From assembly GCA_963707215.1 (NCBI GenBank), contig CAVPPB010000002.1:384001-448000 (forward strand): a stretch of DNA of 64,000 nucleotides, given 5' to 3'. Below the pieces are notes generated by a model that worked only from the letters and a program-made list of their open reading frames with translations, searched no databases and was not told the origin of the DNA. The position numbers and the translations under genes were made by a program. Source of the stretch: an uncultured Chloroflexia bacterium. GTDB taxonomy: Bacteria; Chloroflexota; Limnocylindria; Limnocylindrales; CSP1-4. The stretch's first letter is position 1, and each line of letters opens with the position of its first letter. Shown piece after piece: positions 61,192 through 64,000 of the stretch.

Positions 61192-62040
61192 ATGCCGACC
61201 GAACCGCCGATCGCCTACGCTGGCGAGCCCGGCGCCTTCGCCGAGGACGCCGTCCTGGCCTACTTCGGCGAGATCCCGAGGGTCCCCGTCGGGAGCTTCC
61301 GGGACGTCTTCGCGGCCGTCGAGGATCGCCGGGCCAGCGCCGGCGTCGTTCCCATCGAGAACCTCGTCAACGGGACCGTTCGAGAGAACTACGATCTGCT
61401 GCTGGAGCACGACCTGCGGATCGTCGGGGAGGCGGTGGTTCCGGTCCGTCTCTGCCTGGCCGCGTTGCCGGGTCAGCCGCTCGAGTCGATCGAGCGGGTC
61501 TATTCGCACGTCCAGGCCCTCGGCCAGGCCGAGGTCTTCCTGCGGACCCGTCCGTGGACGCTCCTGACGACGTACAACACCGCCGGCGCCGGCAGGTCGA
61601 TCGTCGAGCGCGGGGAGCGCGGGGCGGCTGCCGTCCTGTCGCCCCGGGCCGCTGCCCTCCTCGACCTCGAGGTCCTCGCGGACGGCATCCAGGCGGTCCC
61701 CGACAATCGGACCCGCTTCCTCGTGCTGGCCCGGCCGGACGCGGTCGTGGCGGCCCGGGTCGGCGAGGCCGCCGCCCACCGGACGACCCTGGTCATCTCG
61801 GTCACCAACGAGCCCGGGACGCTCCTGGCGGTCCTCCGGATCTTCGCCGAGCGCGGCATCAACCTCTCCAAGCTGGAGTCGCGACCGCGCGTCGACCGGG
61901 CCTGGGAGTACGTCTTCTGGATCGACCTCGACGTGGCGGCGACCGACCGGGCCTTCGGTGAAGCGCTGGAGGCGCTCGGTCCGGTCACCACGATGGTCCG
62001 GCTGCTCGGCTCGTACCCGCGGGCCGCCGAGCCCGGCTAG
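61192..62040 (+). CDS. pheA: Prephenate dehydratase (PDT + ACT)
   Basis: GEPGAF, PIEN..G.V, SH.QAL.Q, NRTRF, INLSKLESRP, LGSYP. Confidence 0.92.
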   Translation: MPTEPPIAYAGEPGAFAEDAVLAYFGEIPRVPVGSFRDVFAAVEDRRASAGVVPIENLVNGTVRENYDLLLEHDLRIVGEAVVPVRLCLAALPGQPLESIERVYSHVQALGQAEVFLRTRPWTLLTTYNTAGAGRSIVERGERGAAAVLSPRAAALLDLEVLADGIQAVPDNRTRFLVLARPDAVVAARVGEAAAHRTTLVISVTNEPGTLLAVLRIFAERGINLSKLESRPRVDRAWEYVFWIDLDVAATDRAFGEALEALGPVTTMVRLLGSYPRAAEPG

Positions 62041-62101
62041 CCGAGGGCTTCGGCTGGTCCCGACGCGACCCCCGGGATCACCCGCGGCCCGGGCGAGGTG
62101 A

Positions 62102-62488
62102 TCAGATCGCGCTGGCGCATGCCCGGCACTTCGTGGCGCCCTCGGCGTTGGCCTCCTTGCAGAAGGGGCACTCCTTCGTCGGCGCAGGCGGTGCGTCCTT
62201 GATGAACTGCCGAGCGATCAGGTAGACGACGAAGGCGACGACCACGAAGCTGATGACCGAGTTGATGAACAGGCCATAGCTGATCGCGACCTCGGCCCCC
62301 GCGGAGTCGGTCCCGAGCACGATCTTGAGCTCGGCGAAGTCCACGCCGCCAAGGGCCCACCCGATCGGCGGCATGATGATGTCGTTGACCAGCGAGTTGA
62401 CGACGGCGCCGAGGGCCGTGCCGATGATCACGCCGATGGCCAGGGCCAGGGCGTTCGTCTTGGTCAGGAACTCGCGGAACCCACTCAT
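62102..62488 (-). CDS. mscL: Large-conductance mechanosensitive channel with C-terminal CxxC...CxxC
   Basis: FREF..N..LAIGVIIG, SLVNDIIMPPIG, YGLFIN; CPFC...CRAC tail. Confidence 0.9.
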   Translation of the reverse strand: MSGFREFLTKTNALALAIGVIIGTALGAVVNSLVNDIIMPPIGWALGGVDFAELKIVLGTDSAGAEVAISYGLFINSVISFVVVAFVVYLIARQFIKDAPPAPTKECPFCKEANAEGATKCRACASAI

Positions 62489-62553
62489 CGAACCCTCCTC
62501 CTCTTCCTCGCGCTCATCGACCCGGGTCGACGTCACGACCCGGTCCTGCGGGG

Positions 62554-62958
62554 CTAGTGATCGACCGCGGCTGGCAGGGTCGCGGCTGCGGCGATCCAGT
62601 CGCCGATCTCCTGGGCGGACGGCACCCGACGCACCGTGCCTGGGTTCGCGGCAGCGGCGTCCGCCACCGTCGCGGCCAGGTGCCCGGGGTTGCGCGTCGC
62701 CAGCTCGGTGGGTGACGCGACCCCGGCAGCCCGGAGCAGCTCAGCGTACTCGGGCCCGACGCCCGGCACGCGCATGAGATCCGCCGAGCCGACCCAGCCG
62801 AGCATCGTCGCGTCGCCCACCCCGACCATCCGGGCCAGGGCGGCCCGGCCGGCCCGCGAGGCGCCCTTCTCGAGCAGATCCTCGACCGTGAAGATGCCGA
62901 CCGCGCGGAGGCGCTCGCCGAGTGTCGGTCCGATGCCCTCGATCGAGTCGGCTCTCAC
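62554..62958 (-). CDS. DUF4332-like HhH-domain protein
   Basis: IEGIGP..L...GI.T..DLL, ADLMRVPGVG.EYAELL..AGV, R.PS...W. Confidence 0.8.
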   Translation of the reverse strand: MRADSIEGIGPTLGERLRAVGIFTVEDLLEKGASRAGRAALARMVGVGDATMLGWVGSADLMRVPGVGPEYAELLRAAGVASPTELATRNPGHLAATVADAAAANPGTVRRVPSAQEIGDWIAAAATLPAAVDH

Positions 62959-63070
62959 GGTCGACCTCCGGCCCGAGAGATGGCGAAGGTGACCATTCAC
63001 GGATGATAGGCGGGCGCATCGACCGCCGGGAGGTCCCGCGCGGCGCGGGTCTGCCGACCCGGGATCTCGG

Positions 63071-64000
63071 TCAGTCGGTCTCGACGGAGCGCAGCGTCGT
63101 CCGATGGACCCAGCCGACCGCCTCGTCCGGGGTAAGGACCAGAACGAAGCTGGCCTCCTGGCGGAGGACCTCGACCTCGTCGCCACGGTCGAGCATGCCG
63201 ACCTCCTGGCCCAGGTACTCGTCCGGCTCGCTGGCCAGTCGGACCAGGTTGTAGCTGACGATCCGCCGGTCGACGTCCGGGCCGGGCGGCTCGCGGAAGC
63301 GCAGCGGCTCCCGGTAGCTCCCCACGTCACGCTCCGATCTCGCGCGCGCCTCGCGCAGGGACGGGCGCCGCCAGCGCGGGATCATCGCCTCCTCGAGTGG
63401 CGTGTCGGGCGGCAGCTGGGTCATCGCCAGGCCCCGGCTCTCGACGTACGAGGTCGCCATGCCGGCCGCCCCGGCGGCGACCATCGCCCCACTGGCCGTG
63501 GCGCCGCTCAGGACGGTGCCGCCGAGGGCTGCGCCGCTCGGACCCGCCCTGGCGCCGGAGGCATCCGCCAGGGCCGGATCGAGGTCGCGGCGTCGCCGCG
63601 ACGCAGCGACGAAGAACAGGGTCAGCGCGCCGGCCCCTGCGACGATCACCGCGACCGGCAGGAACGCGACGGGGTCGGGGTCCTGCCCCGGCAGGCCACT
63701 CGTGCCGGTCGATCGACCGGTGGTGCCGCTCCCGCCGCCGCGTCCCGGGACCACCACTGCCGTGTCGCCCGGGCTTGTCGACGGGCGCGGCGAGGGGCTG
63801 GGCGCTGCCGACGGTGAGCCGGCGGGCGGCGGGACGACCACTGCCGGGGACGGCGACGGGGACGGTACCGGGGTCGGTGTCGCGGCCGGGGCAGGAGCCG
63901 CAGCCTTGGGGGTCGGGGTGGGAGCAGGCGTCGGCTTCGGCGTCGGCTTCGGCGTCGGCACGGGCGTCGGCACGGGCGTCGGCTTGGGCGTCGGCTTGGG
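63071..64000 (-). CDS. Pro/Thr-rich membrane-anchored protein with C-terminal SH3-like domain, 5'-truncated by window edge
   Basis: Frame open to the window end; PTPK/PTPV repeats, TM + RRRR, LDRGDEVEVL...GWVHR. Confidence 0.65.
   Translation of the reverse strand, partial: PKPTPKPTPVPTPVPTPKPTPKPTPAPTPTPKAAAPAPAATPTPVPSPSPSPAVVVPPPAGSPSAAPSPSPRPSTSPGDTAVVVPGRGGGSGTTGRSTGTSGLPGQDPDPVAFLPVAVIVAGAGALTLFFVAASRRRRDLDPALADASGARAGPSGAALGGTVLSGATASGAMVAAGAAGMATSYVESRGLAMTQLPPDTPLEEAMIPRWRRPSLREARARSERDVGSYREPLRFREPPGPDVDRRIVSYNLVRLASEPDEYLGQEVGMLDRGDEVEVLRQEASFVLVLTPDEAVGWVHRTTLRSVETD
63928..64000. repeat. 12-bp tandem repeat (GGCGTCGGCwyn) encoding PTPK/PTPV linker
   Basis: About 6 copies visible at the window end. 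Confidence 0.75.

Noticed and set aside
63840-64000. Tandem repeats as CRISPR or VNTR element
   Set aside because: Period is a multiple of 3 with no spacers; it encodes a Pro/Thr linker.

Overview
Very GC-rich (roughly 70%, by eye) bacterial DNA. Gene style tentatively suggests Chloroflexota (Limnocylindria-like) or an actinobacterium; this is inference only. I found no rRNA, tRNA, CRISPR or mobile element. The window has four blocks. (1) ~1-35.3 kb: a large catabolic island with two xanthine-dehydrogenase-family Mo-hydroxylase trimers plus CoxG, UbiX plus two UbiD, a ThDP enzyme, a 4,5-dihydroxyphthalate-decarboxylase-like protein, a cyclic amidohydrolase, isochorismatase, ICL/PEP-mutase and PrpF proteins, asparaginase, a single-Cys racemase/decarboxylase, two ABC systems, MFS/EamA/TauE transporters and a GntR regulator. 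A 16-bp motif (GTATRC-N4-GYRTNC-like) sits in most of its intergenic regions. (2) 35.4-45.2 kb: mixed genes (CBS-BON with a DevR/OsdR-like box, DAO, divergent PyrD-like, ABM-LLM, pyrE, MarP, leuDC). (3) 45.4-52.0 kb: MMPL, then the best candidate for a novel system. This is DUF5317 (LspA-like Asp pair), a c-di-GMP-I riboswitch, two unannotated micro-ORFs that both end in A-G-x-R-W-x, and a multi-TM GAF-GGDEF-EAL protein, with a shared GTACC-N3-GRGCCA box upstream of each unit. It looks like a peptide-signal/c-di-GMP feedback circuit. (4) 52-64 kb: leader-peptide attenuator, ilvBNC-leuA-leuB-cimA, a stand-alone LeuA regulatory domain, pheA, mscL, DUF4332 and a truncated Pro-rich SH3 protein. 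All family calls are motif recognition by eye; no database search was run.
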